A stretch of DNA of 64,000 nucleotides from Thermoplasmata archaeon (GCA_041489255.1 JBGPQV010000003.1:64001-128000); one strand, 5' to 3'. Shown: positions 28,037 to 38,634, counted from the stretch's first letter. Program-made: numbers and translations. The notes: generated from the letters alone by a model not told the origin.

Positions 28037-28555
28037 ATGGCGCTGAAGAGTCCGGTCCATAGATGGGAGGCCAGGAACTGGGACACGAAGGGCTCGATTC
28101 CTCACAGCGCGGTGTACCTGGAGGCGACGCAGGGGAGACTGAGCGTCTACGTCCCGACGCCAAAGGGACGCGCGGTGCAGAACATGATGATAATCGGGGC
28201 TCCGCTCTGGTACGCCATCGGGTTGCCCCTGCTCATAGTGACCGTGCTCGACTACTCCGGGGCGCAGCGCCTGAGCGGTTTCATGCTCGATCTATTCCTC
28301 CTGTTCGTCTGGCCTGCCGGAGCAGTCCTCGTGGCAGTGTACGCCAGGAGACAGGGCATGGTGTACGCGATGCAGAAGCCTGAGGCCGTGTTGCCCGTGA
28401 CGAAGATCAGGGGCGTGACCCTCGGCCTGATCCAGCAAGACGTCCTCCTCGTGGTGAACGGCGAGAACATCGATGTCACGGTGACCGCACGCGCTTCCAG
28501 ACTCGTGACCGCACTCAAGCTGACGGAACATCCAATCGATCTGCGCACTCGATAG
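28037..28555 (+). CDS. Hypothetical two-TM membrane protein
   Basis: Two hydrophobic helices (IIGAPLWYAIGLPLLIVTVL; FLLFVWPAGAVLVAVY) flanked by soluble segments. Confidence 0.6.
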   Translation: MALKSPVHRWEARNWDTKGSIPHSAVYLEATQGRLSVYVPTPKGRAVQNMMIIGAPLWYAIGLPLLIVTVLDYSGAQRLSGFMLDLFLLFVWPAGAVLVAVYARRQGMVYAMQKPEAVLPVTKIRGVTLGLIQQDVLLVVNGENIDVTVTARASRLVTALKLTEHPIDLRTR

Positions 28556-28565
28556 TCGCGGGCCT

Positions 28566-31500
28566 CTAGCGCTCCGGCTTTCTCTGACGTTCCATCGAGG
28601 AAAGGTCGTCCCTGTGACGTTCCTCATGCCTCTTCCTGCTTTGCCGCACCAGATACGCGTGCACCACGAGGGACGCGGCAGCCACGATGATGATGACCAG
28701 GATCATCAGCCAAAACAGATCGGCCGGCCGTTCAACGCTTATGATGAGCCGGGACGTGATCGTCTGCCCCGCCGTCTCGGCATTGCCTGCCTTGTCCGTT
28801 GCGATTGCTTCGACTATGTAGTCTCCCGACTCGCTTGCCGCGAAGGTCACATTCGGCCCGGCCCCGGACGCCACCGGCTGACCGTCTTTGGTGACTGTCC
28901 ACGAGACGCTGGGCGTGCTCTGATTGTCAGACGCGTAGACCGTGCACCTGACCGTGCTTCCCTCGTCGACAATTAGGTTGTCGCAGTCGATGGTCACTTG
29001 CGGCCTTTCGTCGTCATAGACAACCGTGATCGACGCCAGCAATGAAGGGTTTCCAGCCCTGTCATGAGACTGTGCCTCGATCTTGTTCTCCCCAGGGGCG
29101 AGCGAGACCGTCGCGCTCCAGCCCATTGTCCCCGTGGCGTCTATCCAATTGCCCGTTCCCACGCGGATCTTCACCGCGGTCAGGATGTTGTCGTCGGAGG
29201 CGGTACCGGCGACTGACAGCGTTGAGTCCCGGATCATGGCGCCGTCGGCGGGCACCGCGATCGCGATGGTCGGCGGGACCGTGTCCACCTGCACCGTGAC
29301 CGTTGCGTGAGCCGACTCAGACCCGGCGATATCAAACGCCCTTGCCCGCAGAACATGTGTACCGTCGAGGAGACCGCTGCAGGCATACGTCCAGGAACTC
29401 GTCCCCGATGCCCTGCCCCATGTCACCCCGCCATCGCAACTGACCTGCACCTGGTCCAGCCCGCTCATCCCGGGACCTGCGGGGTCGCCCGTCGTCCCGT
29501 TGAGCACGACCGATGAGCTGTTCATCCATTGATCGTCGAGGGGCGACGCGATGGCGATTGCGGGAGCATCCGGGTCGTACCGCAAAGTCACCTCCGGGCG
29601 TGTCGACTCCCAACCGACGGTATCGAAGGCCCGGGCCTGCAAGACATTCGTGCCAGCGGTGAGTGTACAATCATGAGTCCAGGAGACCGTGCCCGCCGCC
29701 TGATTCCACGTGAGGCCTCCGTTACAGCTGACTTCCACACGCGCGACGCCACCGCCAAAATCGGAAGCAGTGCCAATGACGGTCATCACGGGAGACGTGA
29801 CCCAGCCGCCGCCCGATGGAGCGGTGATCGTGATCGCCGGCGGGGTGATGTCGACATGGAGCAGAATCTCCGCGCGCGCTGACTCCCAGCCGACCATGTC
29901 GAACACCCTTGCGCGGACCGTGTTCAGGCCCTCCACGAGGCCCGTGCAGACGTGAGTCCACGAGATGGTTCCCGACGCCACGAACCACGTCGTCCCGCCG
30001 TCGCAGCTGACCTCGACGCGGTCGAAGCCGCTCCCCGTCTCCGATGCTGTGCCCTTGATCATGGCCGTCGTGGTGTTGAGCCATTCGCCGTCAGGCGGTG
30101 CTGTGATTGCGAGGATCGGACGAGTCGTGTCAACTTGGACGGTCACTGTCGAATGCGTCGACTCCAAGCCCGCCTTGTCAAATGCCCGCGCCTGGATGCG
30201 GTGGGACCCGTCGGCGAGGCCGACGCAGTCGGATGTCCATGTGTCCGTGCCCGCGGCGTTGCTCCATGAGGCTCCGTCATTGCAGCTGATCTCGACACGG
30301 TTGAGGCCGCTCAGCGCGTCGAAGGCTGTGCCGGTCACCGTTATCGTGGAGACGTTGAACCATTGGCCGTCAGCAGGATCCGAAATCGCCAGGGTCGGGC
30401 GGTCAGGGTCGTAGAAGACCGCGACTGATTGGACTGCAGAGGGGTTGCCCGACCTGTCCAACGCCCGTGCGTCAATCTGATTGGAGCCGAGCGCCAGGCT
30501 CGTGCTGGCCGTCCATGACGATTTCCCCGTCGCGATCATCCAGAGTCCGCCGTTCGTGCGCACCTCGACCCGATCCAACCCGCCAAGGTCGTATGCCGTG
30601 CCCGTGACCGCGACCGGGATGGCGGTGAAGTACTGACCGTCCATCGGGGACGCGATTGCGAGCGCTGGCGGCACGAGATCGGGGTACTGCTCCATCAGGG
30701 GGTACCTGTCTCTGCTCTCGAAGTTCACGGCGTAGGGCACATCCCCTATGCCGTCGCCTTCAGGCTGGTCCTGGTTCGGCCCGCTGTAGAGGTCGCTATT
30801 GTGATAGTCGCTCCAACAGTTGCCCCCGGAGGGGTAGCCGTCGTCCCAGGAGCCGGGAACGGGATTGTTGTCCGAGGCCTGGATGACATTCCCCAGGAAG
30901 TTGTTATGATGCACAACGACTCCGGGCGATGAGTCGAACGAGACCCCGTAGAGATTGTTGGACAGCGTGTTGCGCGCAATCGTCGGATAGGGAGAGGAGA
31001 TGAAAAGCAAGCCCTCTCGAGTGCTGTTGGACACGGTGCTCATGGTGATCGAGATGTTGGCCGAGGAGGAAGCGTAGATTCCCCGCCAATTATCCGAGAA
31101 CCTGCCCTGGGCAATCGTGGTGTTCGGTGAGGACCAGATGGAGATTGCATCAGTCGTGCTCGACGTGACCGTGTCGTTGAACATGCTGATTCCTGTCGAG
31201 GAATAGAGAAGGATTCCGATCAGGCTGTCGGATACCTTGCTGTTGCCGATGAAACCGTCATCGACGTACGCCATCTCGATACCCGCTTCGGTTCTTGCGA
31301 TGTTGAGGTTCGACACGCTCACGGACAGGCAACTCGCGAAGATGAGCTGGCCGACGGCGACCCTGTCGACCGTGACGTCCATGCAGCTGGTGTAGTAGTA
31401 GATGGGCAGGCCGTTCACGGTGTTGTCGGGCGTTATTATGTGAGAATCGAAATGGAGGGGGGAACTCCCCCAGAGGAAGACGCCATCGTCAAAGAAGACA

Positions 31501-32060
31501 TTGGACATGATCGAGATGTTGACCGAGGACGATAGATAAATCCCGTACGAGCCGTTCGAGATCTCGTTCGAGACTATCGCGCTGTCCCTGGAAGACTCCA
31601 GGTACATGCCCAGGGAATTGTTCGAGACCTTGCTGGAAATGACAGTGATGTTGCCGGAGGAGACGAGATGGATGCCCGCGAGGTTATCCGACACCGTGGC
31701 GTTCTCAACCCTGCCGTTGATCGCGGTGTTGAGGTAGACACCGTCATTGAGGTTCGTTCTTCCCGAGTGAATCGTGACATTCCTGATCACGAAGTGCGCG
31801 TCGGTGTTCCTGATCTCGATGCCCCGACCGGTTGCTGCGTCGATGTCCCACCCCTCAATGACGAAGGGCGTGTCATATGTCCCGACGCCTCCTGCGACTC
31901 CGTTCGCTACTGTGAAGTCCGCATTGCCGTCTATCAAAATCGGAGCGTGGGGCGTCAGCGCGGAGACATCGTTCGGCAGAGAGACGAGCACTGATAGAGA
32001 TGTCAACGCCACCGCCATTGCCGTGATCAGAGTTATTCTCGGAGTCGAATCACCTGGCAC
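28566..32060 (-). CDS. Surface protein: NosD-type beta-helix, tandem bacterial Ig-like domains, C-terminal TM anchor
   Basis: GTG start after GGAGGAG; HAPILIDGN...IEGWDI, WDDGYPSGGNCWSDY, repeated TGTAxDxxSGxxRVEVSCxGGxTW Ig-like units, TM plus basic tail. Confidence 0.88.
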   Translation of the reverse strand: MPGDSTPRITLITAMAVALTSLSVLVSLPNDVSALTPHAPILIDGNADFTVANGVAGGVGTYDTPFVIEGWDIDAATGRGIEIRNTDAHFVIRNVTIHSGRTNLNDGVYLNTAINGRVENATVSDNLAGIHLVSSGNITVISSKVSNNSLGMYLESSRDSAIVSNEISNGSYGIYLSSSVNISIMSNVFFDDGVFLWGSSPLHFDSHIITPDNTVNGLPIYYYTSCMDVTVDRVAVGQLIFASCLSVSVSNLNIARTEAGIEMAYVDDGFIGNSKVSDSLIGILLYSSTGISMFNDTVTSSTTDAISIWSSPNTTIAQGRFSDNWRGIYASSSANISITMSTVSNSTREGLLFISSPYPTIARNTLSNNLYGVSFDSSPGVVVHHNNFLGNVIQASDNNPVPGSWDDGYPSGGNCWSDYHNSDLYSGPNQDQPEGDGIGDVPYAVNFESRDRYPLMEQYPDLVPPALAIASPMDGQYFTAIPVAVTGTAYDLGGLDRVEVRTNGGLWMIATGKSSWTASTSLALGSNQIDARALDRSGNPSAVQSVAVFYDPDRPTLAISDPADGQWFNVSTITVTGTAFDALSGLNRVEISCNDGASWSNAAGTDTWTSDCVGLADGSHRIQARAFDKAGLESTHSTVTVQVDTTRPILAITAPPDGEWLNTTTAMIKGTASETGSGFDRVEVSCDGGTTWFVASGTISWTHVCTGLVEGLNTVRARVFDMVGWESARAEILLHVDITPPAITITAPSGGGWVTSPVMTVIGTASDFGGGVARVEVSCNGGLTWNQAAGTVSWTHDCTLTAGTNVLQARAFDTVGWESTRPEVTLRYDPDAPAIAIASPLDDQWMNSSSVVLNGTTGDPAGPGMSGLDQVQVSCDGGVTWGRASGTSSWTYACSGLLDGTHVLRARAFDIAGSESAHATVTVQVDTVPPTIAIAVPADGAMIRDSTLSVAGTASDDNILTAVKIRVGTGNWIDATGTMGWSATVSLAPGENKIEAQSHDRAGNPSLLASITVVYDDERPQVTIDCDNLIVDEGSTVRCTVYASDNQSTPSVSWTVTKDGQPVASGAGPNVTFAASESGDYIVEAIATDKAGNAETAGQTITSRLIISVERPADLFWLMILVIIIVAAASLVVHAYLVRQSRKRHEERHRDDLSSMERQRKPER

Positions 32061-32196
32061 GAGGACTCCTCCAGATACTGGAAAGACGTGCGGACAAATC
32101 AAAGTATCGTCGGGACCTTGGATCGCTCGTTTCGACTTCTTTTTCGCGGGGGCAATGCATCCTCTCTGCCTTTGCCCTCCGAGTCAACGATCGAAG

Positions 32197-32270
32197 AGCC
32201 ACCAGGGAGATTTGAACTCCCGACCCGCTGCTTACAAGGCAGCTGCTCTGGCCAGCTGAGCTATGGTGGC
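32197..32270 (-). tRNA. tRNA-Thr(UGU)
   Basis: GCCACCATAGCTCAGCTGGCCAGAGCAGCTGCCTTGTAAGCAGCGGGTCGGGAGTTCAAATCTCCCTGGTGGCT folds as a cloverleaf; anticodon loop CTTGTAA; TTTTATAT box upstream at 32294-32301. Confidence 0.96.
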
Positions 32271-32329
32271 ACCATCGGCTCATATGACCGGCGATATAAA
32301 ACCCTAGCCGGTGACGGTGCGCGACCGCA

Positions 32330-34885
32330 CTAGACCTTCGCTGGATTCGACCTCGGTTTCATTCCTTCCTCTGGCGGCTGCTTGGCGGCGGCGCTGTTGT
32401 AGAAACCCTTCTTGATGATCTCCACCAGCGTCACGTACACCACGATCATGCCCAGCAACACCAGCAGGAACGCCCAGGGCAGGGGCTTGAACTCGAACAG
32501 CTCGCCGAGGGGCGTGTACGGTATGATCCAGGCAAGAGCGACGACTCCGATGCTCGTCACGGTGAGTATCCTGCTCGGCTTGCTCTTGTAGAACGGGATC
32601 CTCCGAGTCCGTATGACGAATATGATGAGCGTCTGCGTCGACAGCGACTCGACGAACCAGGCGGTCTGGAACAGGGATGCGTCCAGCACGTGGGGTTCCT
32701 GAAAGGTGAAGTAGGCGATCATCGTGAAGAATGTGAGGAAGTCGAACACCGAGCTTACCGGGCCGAACGTGAGCATGAATTTCCGTATGAACTTGATATC
32801 CCATTTGCGCGGCTTCTCCAGATATTCCTGGTCTACATTGTCCGTCGGTATGCCCAGTTCGGACATGTCGTAGAGCAGGTTGTTCAGCAGGATCTGAATC
32901 GGCAGCATCGGGAGGAACGGGAGGAACACCGCCGCGCCAGCCGCGCTGAACATGTTGCCGAAGTTCGAACTCGTTCCCATCATCACGTACTTCATCGTGT
33001 TCCCGAACGTCTTCCTCCCCTCGAAGACGCCTTCCGCGAGCACCCTGAGGTCCTTCTTCAAGAGGATGATGTCCGCGGATTCCTTCGCGACGTCGACGGC
33101 GGTATCGACGGATATGCCGACATCAGACGTCTTGAGCGAGGGAGCGTCGTTGATCCCGTCCCCCAGGAATCCGACGACGTGCCCGTTCTTCTTCAGTATG
33201 CCGATTATCCTGTTCTTCATGTCCGGCGTCAGCCGCGTGAAGACGTTGCTTTTCTCGACGACCTCGGCGAGCTTCTCGTCGGTCATCTCGGTTATCTCGT
33301 GCCCCGTCGCGACGCCCTTCGGCCTGAAGCCGAGGCTATGGCACACCATCGCCGTCACTAGCTCGTTGTCGCCGGTGAGTATCTTGAGCTCGATCCCCGC
33401 ACGTCCAAGGAGGTTGAGCGCCTCCTTGGCCGATTCCCTCGGAGGATCGAGGAAAGCCCCGAACCCGAGGAACACCATGTCCGTCTCGTCCGCGGGCGTG
33501 TAAAGGGACTTGTCCGCAGCGACGCGCTTGTACGCGACCCCGAGGACCCTGAAACCCTGGAAGCTGAGCTCGTAGTAGACCTCCTCCATCTTCATCCTCA
33601 GATCTGATGTGGAGTCACTGACTTGGTCGCGTAGCTCGACGCGAGTGCACACCTTGAATATCTCCTCGGGCGCGCCCTTCGTCACGATGTACCTCTGCCC
33701 CTCGAGCTCCACGACGACCGAGATGCGCCTCCTCATGAAGTCGAACGGGATCTCGTCGATCTTCTTGTACGCCTTCAGGTCGACCTCCTCGTGCTCGAGG
33801 ATCGCGGCATCCAGTGGAGACTTGAGCCCGGTCTGGAAACGGCTGTTGATGTAGGAGAAGAGGAGGACCTTCTCGTCCTCTGCATTCTCCAGATTGGGAT
33901 GGCGGATGAGCTTGATCTTATTCTCCGTGAGCGTGCCGGTCTTGTCTGCACAGAGCACGTCCATGCTCCCGAAGTCCTGTATCGAAGCGAGTCGCTTGAC
34001 GATGACGTCCTTCTTCGACATGGCGACCGCGCCCTTGGATAGGTTGACCGTGAGAATCATCGGCAGGAGCTCGGGGGTCAGGCCGACCGCGAGGGCGACC
34101 GCGAAAAGGAGCGACTCCAGCATGTCCTTCTTCAGGAGCGCGAGGACGAGGAACACGAACATCACGAGGGCGAACGTGACCTCCATGATCAGGACGCCGA
34201 ACTGTTTGAGCCCCTTGCCTGACTCCGACACCGGCGCGCGGGGCAGCAGCTTCTGAGCGATGCCACCATACTCAGTCGACGTCCCGGTCTTCGTGACGAT
34301 TGCGGTGGCGGTGCCGCTCACGACCGAAGTGCCGAGGAACACATAGTTCCTCCATCCGGTGATCTCGTCCGGCGGTTTCGGGATCGCTTCGGCCGACTTC
34401 TCCACGGGGAACGATTCCCCGGTGAGCGCGGACTCGTTGACGTGAAAGTCCTTTGCGGTGACGAGTCTCGAGTCCGCAGGAACCATGTCTCCTGCGGAAA
34501 GGAAGATGACATCTCCAGGGACTATCTCGGAGAGCTTGCATTCCTTCTTGACCCCGTCCCGCAACACCGTGGCGGTTGTCGTGATTCTCTCCGTGAGCTT
34601 CTCCGCCGCCTTGTTGGCTTTCCTCTCCTGGTAGAAGTTGAGAGAGACGCTGAGCAAAACCATTGTGAATATCAATGCGGAGTTGACCCTCTCGCCAAGG
34701 AATCCCGATATGAACCCGGCCAGCAGCAGTATTATGACCAGGGGATTCCTGAAAAGACTCGCGAACTCGGCGACGGCCGTCCTCTTCTGCTTCCTCATGA
34801 TGACGTTCGGGCCGTACATCTCGAGGCGCTTCTCGACGTCCTGCGCGGACAGTCCCTCGATCGACGTCTCCATCTTCGAGGGCAC
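32330..34885 (-). CDS. mgtA: Magnesium-translocating P-type ATPase
   Basis: LTGES, AVGLTPELLP, DKTGT phosphorylation site, IPFDFMRRR, GDGINDAP, TSSNFGNMFS, QILLNNLLYD, FQTAWFVES (P3B signatures). Start uncertain. Confidence 0.93.
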   Translation of the reverse strand: MPSKMETSIEGLSAQDVEKRLEMYGPNVIMRKQKRTAVAEFASLFRNPLVIILLLAGFISGFLGERVNSALIFTMVLLSVSLNFYQERKANKAAEKLTERITTTATVLRDGVKKECKLSEIVPGDVIFLSAGDMVPADSRLVTAKDFHVNESALTGESFPVEKSAEAIPKPPDEITGWRNYVFLGTSVVSGTATAIVTKTGTSTEYGGIAQKLLPRAPVSESGKGLKQFGVLIMEVTFALVMFVFLVLALLKKDMLESLLFAVALAVGLTPELLPMILTVNLSKGAVAMSKKDVIVKRLASIQDFGSMDVLCADKTGTLTENKIKLIRHPNLENAEDEKVLLFSYINSRFQTGLKSPLDAAILEHEEVDLKAYKKIDEIPFDFMRRRISVVVELEGQRYIVTKGAPEEIFKVCTRVELRDQVSDSTSDLRMKMEEVYYELSFQGFRVLGVAYKRVAADKSLYTPADETDMVFLGFGAFLDPPRESAKEALNLLGRAGIELKILTGDNELVTAMVCHSLGFRPKGVATGHEITEMTDEKLAEVVEKSNVFTRLTPDMKNRIIGILKKNGHVVGFLGDGINDAPSLKTSDVGISVDTAVDVAKESADIILLKKDLRVLAEGVFEGRKTFGNTMKYVMMGTSSNFGNMFSAAGAAVFLPFLPMLPIQILLNNLLYDMSELGIPTDNVDQEYLEKPRKWDIKFIRKFMLTFGPVSSVFDFLTFFTMIAYFTFQEPHVLDASLFQTAWFVESLSTQTLIIFVIRTRRIPFYKSKPSRILTVTSIGVVALAWIIPYTPLGELFEFKPLPWAFLLVLLGMIVVYVTLVEIIKKGFYNSAAAKQPPEEGMKPRSNPAKV

Positions 34886-35414
34886 GAACTCTGGAGGAAT
34901 CGTGAGGAACGACTTCGCGCTCTGCGACGGCTTGATTATGTGGTTGCCCTGTCTCGTGATTAGTCCCCCGTCCGCGCTGCGTCTAGAATGTTCTCCAATC
35001 CATCATGGGATGTCAGGATGCGATTCGCGCCGATTCCGGAGCGCGAGAAGGCCACGCTCCTGCGGCCAGAGGCCCGTGAGCTTGCCCGCCGCTCACCCAT
35101 CTGTATGAAGCCGATCAAGAAAGCAACCAGCGCCAACCGCAAGGTTCATTCAATCCACCGGCCCGCGTGCCTTTGATATCCTGAGCACTGCGCTCTGGCA
35201 GCCACTTGAAACCGGGCATTGCCTGAGGCACTATTTAGGTTTCACCCTCCACACAATCGCTGGCCCGGAGCCGCACGTAGTCCCACGTCTGACCTTCGGA
35301 CATGAGAGCCGGCCGAACGACCTTGACGAACCTCCCGGCTAGTCTTCCTTTTTTTTGGAATCACTCGTCACCAAAGATATATAAACGAACCTTCCGCTAA
35401 CGGACTCGATTCCC

Positions 35415-37187
35415 ATGGTCGCCTGTCCGACGTGCGGTGGCGAACTCGAGTTCATCGCCCAATACGACCGCTATTATTGCTACACGTGCAAAAAGTATGC
35501 GCCCAAGGAATTGGGGAAAGCTGCGGAACCGGCAGCAGCCACGCCGATACCATGCCCGACGTGCGGCAGGAATCTCACGTTCATTCCAGAGTATGACCGC
35601 TACTACTGCTACTCCTGCAACAAGTACGCGCCCAAGGGCATCGAGAAGCCGCCGGCCGAGCAGAAGCCTGCCGAGGAGAAGACTCCCGACGAGAAGCTCT
35701 GTCCAACGTGCGGCAAGCCGCTCCAGTACGTCGAGGCGTACGGGCGATGGTATTGTTATTCCTGCAAGAAGTACGCGCCGAAGGAAGAGGAGAAAACGCC
35801 AGAGGCCGTCACGTTCGCCCCCGCGGTCATCCCGGAGGAGAAGCCCGCGGCCGAAATGCCGCCGGCTGAAGCACCTGTCGAAGTCACCCCGCCTGTTGCC
35901 GCAAAGGTCGAGGAGGCCCGCGTGGAATCGCCAAAGGAAGAGGCGCCACCCGCAACCACGCCGGTTCCCGAAGCGGCAGCGCCGGCGCCTGTCGCACCCG
36001 CCGCCGAACCTGCGCCAACGGACAGACCGCCTCTCGAGAAGAGGGCGATCGAGACGGGCAAGAAATCATACCTGGTGAGCCTCTGCCAGGCGTATGGACT
36101 CGATTCGTCCGGCAACAGGTCAGTCCTTAAGCAGCGCCTCCTGGATTACATGACCACGCAGGGATTGATCCCGAAGGAGGAAGAAGAGGAGGAGGGAGTC
36201 CCAGCGGAGGTCGCCCCGACGGTGACCGAAAAGCCGCCTGAGGCCATCGTTCCTCCTGAGAAGCCTGCGGAAGCGCCAGTACCAGAGGAGAAACCGCAGG
36301 AAGTGCAAGCGGCCGCAGAGAAGCCGCCGGAGGCGGCGGTGCCCGTCATTGCTCCTCCTGTTGCAGAGAGACCTCCAGAGGCCGCCGCAGCTCCGGAAAT
36401 AACCCCGGAAATGCCGAAACCCGCCGTTGCAGCGGTCGAAGCCCCGCCAGTCGAGAAAATCCCGGAGAAGCCGCCTGAGGTGGCTCCCACGCCCCAGCCG
36501 AAGCTGATCGTCGTCAAGGCGATCAGCCCGTGCCCGACATGCGGCAGGGAGCTGACATTCATCAAGACCTACAACAGATACTACTGCTACAACTGCAGGA
36601 AGTACGCGCCGGAAGAGGCCAAGACCGCACTCCCGCAACCCGTGGCTCCGAAGCCTGCCGCGCCTGCGCCCATCGCGGCAAAGCCAGCGGTCCGCGCGGG
36701 GCCTGAGGCGAAACCTTGCCCCACGTGCGGCGGCGCATTGAGCTACATCAGGCAGTACAACAAGTGGTACTGCTACACCTGCAAGAAGTACGTCGCGGAT
36801 AAGCCGTCCAACCGTTGCCCGACTTGCGGCGGTCCACTCGAGTACCTGGCGCAATACGACCGCTATTACTGCTATGACTGCAAGAAGTACGCACCCGAGA
36901 GGGCGGTGCAGGCGGCCGCCCAGGTCGTCAGGGTGGGAAGGGTCGGCGCCGCTGCGCACACGCATGGCGGCATCGGAGCCGGAGTGGGCCTCGCCGTCGT
37001 GGCGCTGGTGATGTTCATCCTGGTACAGCTGCTCTCTTCTGTTCCGGACATGCTGGGAGTGACCGTGTTCGTGATACCAAACCAACTCCAGATCGTTTTC
37101 CTGCTCCAGTTCCTGTCAGGGCTGTTCCTCATATTCGCAGTCATCGCCGGCCTCGTCGGGGTCAGGAAGAAGGAGAAGAAACCGTAG
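35415..37187 (+). CDS. Membrane-anchored protein with six CPTCG...YCYxC zinc ribbons, a SAP-like motif and Pro/Glu/Ala linkers
   Basis: Six CPTCGxxLx(F/Y)xxxYx(R/K)(Y/W)YCYxCxKY repeats (3+3), central KKSYLVSLCQAYGLDSSGNRSVLKQRLLDY, two C-terminal TM helices; TATATAAA at 35378-35385. Confidence 0.85.
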   Translation: MVACPTCGGELEFIAQYDRYYCYTCKKYAPKELGKAAEPAAATPIPCPTCGRNLTFIPEYDRYYCYSCNKYAPKGIEKPPAEQKPAEEKTPDEKLCPTCGKPLQYVEAYGRWYCYSCKKYAPKEEEKTPEAVTFAPAVIPEEKPAAEMPPAEAPVEVTPPVAAKVEEARVESPKEEAPPATTPVPEAAAPAPVAPAAEPAPTDRPPLEKRAIETGKKSYLVSLCQAYGLDSSGNRSVLKQRLLDYMTTQGLIPKEEEEEEGVPAEVAPTVTEKPPEAIVPPEKPAEAPVPEEKPQEVQAAAEKPPEAAVPVIAPPVAERPPEAAAAPEITPEMPKPAVAAVEAPPVEKIPEKPPEVAPTPQPKLIVVKAISPCPTCGRELTFIKTYNRYYCYNCRKYAPEEAKTALPQPVAPKPAAPAPIAAKPAVRAGPEAKPCPTCGGALSYIRQYNKWYCYTCKKYVADKPSNRCPTCGGPLEYLAQYDRYYCYDCKKYAPERAVQAAAQVVRVGRVGAAAHTHGGIGAGVGLAVVALVMFILVQLLSSVPDMLGVTVFVIPNQLQIVFLLQFLSGLFLIFAVIAGLVGVRKKEKKP

Positions 37188-37227
37188 AGGCCAAAGCTAC
37201 TTGTGCTCCGTCGGAGTGAGCGACAGC

Positions 37228-38238
37228 ATGGGCCACGAAAGAGGAAGGCATCGCGAGCCCGACCCACGGAGCTTCGTCTCCGCCTGGACGGAGAAGGACC
37301 TTCTCGACGGCAAAGTGGTCGACTCCTTCGTGGTGATCTTCCGGACTACCGGGTGCTACTGGGCGCGGAGCGGCGGGTGCTCGATGTGCGGCTACGTTTT
37401 CGACACGTCGCTCGATGTCTCGGAGGACGACCTGATGCACCAGCTCAAGACGGCTGGCGAGAAGCATCAGGGGCAGCCGGTCACCAAGATATTCACTTCC
37501 GGGAGCTTCTTCGACGAGCACGAGGTGCCGCCGCAGTTCAGGAAGGCGGTGCTCAGGGAGTTTGGCGGGAAATCGAGGAAGGTCCTGGTGGAGACTCTCG
37601 CCCCCTTCACGAAGAAAGAGCTCGTTGAGGAGGCGGTGAGTCTTTGCGACAGGTTCGAGGTCGCGTTCGGCCTCGAGTCGGCGACGCCCGCTGTCCTGAA
37701 GTATTCAGTGAACAAGCCGTTCGGACTTGAGCAGCACTTGAAGGCCGCTTCAATCGTGCATGATTGCGGCGGGAGCGTCAAGACCTACCTGCTCGTCAAA
37801 CCCCCTTTCCTCACGGAGAGAGAGGCCATCGAGGATGCCGTGACATCTGCTCAGAAGGTAGCTGACTGCTCCGATACTATTTCGTTCAACCCCGTGAACG
37901 TGCAGAGGGGCACGCTCGTCGAGAGACTGTGGCGGCGGGGGCAGTTCCGCCCGCCATGGCTGTGGTCCGTCACTGAAGTGATGACACGGACGAGGCAGCT
38001 CAAACCTCGCGTCATGAGCGATCCGACGGCGGCGGGACTGCCGAGGGGAGCGCACAATTGCGGGAAGTGCGACACCACTGTTGCGGCGGCAATCAAGGAC
38101 TTCTCACTGGGACTCCGCCAAGACTTTGGCGGCATGGAATGCGAGTGCGTGCAGAGATGGCTCGATACATTGGAACTGGAAGGACCACTTCAGGCTTCAC
38201 TCGATATGGAGACGCTATTAGACCGGATGAAATGGTGA
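37228..38238 (+). CDS. Archaeosine biosynthesis radical SAM protein RaSEA
   Basis: VIFRTTGCYWARSGGCSMCGY, KIFTSGSFFD, GLES, YLLVKPPFLTE, NPVNVQRGT, PPWLWS, RGAHNCGKC. Confidence 0.9.
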   Translation: MGHERGRHREPDPRSFVSAWTEKDLLDGKVVDSFVVIFRTTGCYWARSGGCSMCGYVFDTSLDVSEDDLMHQLKTAGEKHQGQPVTKIFTSGSFFDEHEVPPQFRKAVLREFGGKSRKVLVETLAPFTKKELVEEAVSLCDRFEVAFGLESATPAVLKYSVNKPFGLEQHLKAASIVHDCGGSVKTYLLVKPPFLTEREAIEDAVTSAQKVADCSDTISFNPVNVQRGTLVERLWRRGQFRPPWLWSVTEVMTRTRQLKPRVMSDPTAAGLPRGAHNCGKCDTTVAAAIKDFSLGLRQDFGGMECECVQRWLDTLELEGPLQASLDMETLLDRMKW

Positions 38239-38313
38239 AGACTCACTGCGAGTCCCGCCGGTCTTGAAAGCGCAACGTTTTTGTTGCGTTGGCCATTCCA
38301 TTGGCAAGAGAAT

Positions 38314-38634
38314 ATGCAGACGTATGATATCAGGAGAGGACAGGAGAAGAACCTGCAGACGCCCCAGCTCAAGGATCTGGCGATCGAGGTCTTTGGCGGT
38401 GCGGGCGAGGAGCAGGGGAAGGTCATCGTCTCGTTCGGCGCTCTCGCGAAGCTCACCGTCTGGCTGGACGGCAAGAGCCTCTGCGTGGAGACCCAGATGA
38501 AGACAGATGTGCCCAACGATGTCGCCTCTGACACTATCAAGAGGTACAACGCCTTCCTGGAAAGGGCGACTGGCTACACTACGAAAGAGCGGGCGAAGAA
38601 GGCACAGGGGAAGGCGAAGAAGGGCGGCAGGTAG
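38314..38634 (+). CDS. Conserved archaeal protein (DUF5611-like)
   Basis: MQTYDIRRG...SFGAL...YNAFLERATGYTTKERAKK. Confidence 0.75.
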   Translation: MQTYDIRRGQEKNLQTPQLKDLAIEVFGGAGEEQGKVIVSFGALAKLTVWLDGKSLCVETQMKTDVPNDVASDTIKRYNAFLERATGYTTKERAKKAQGKAKKGGR

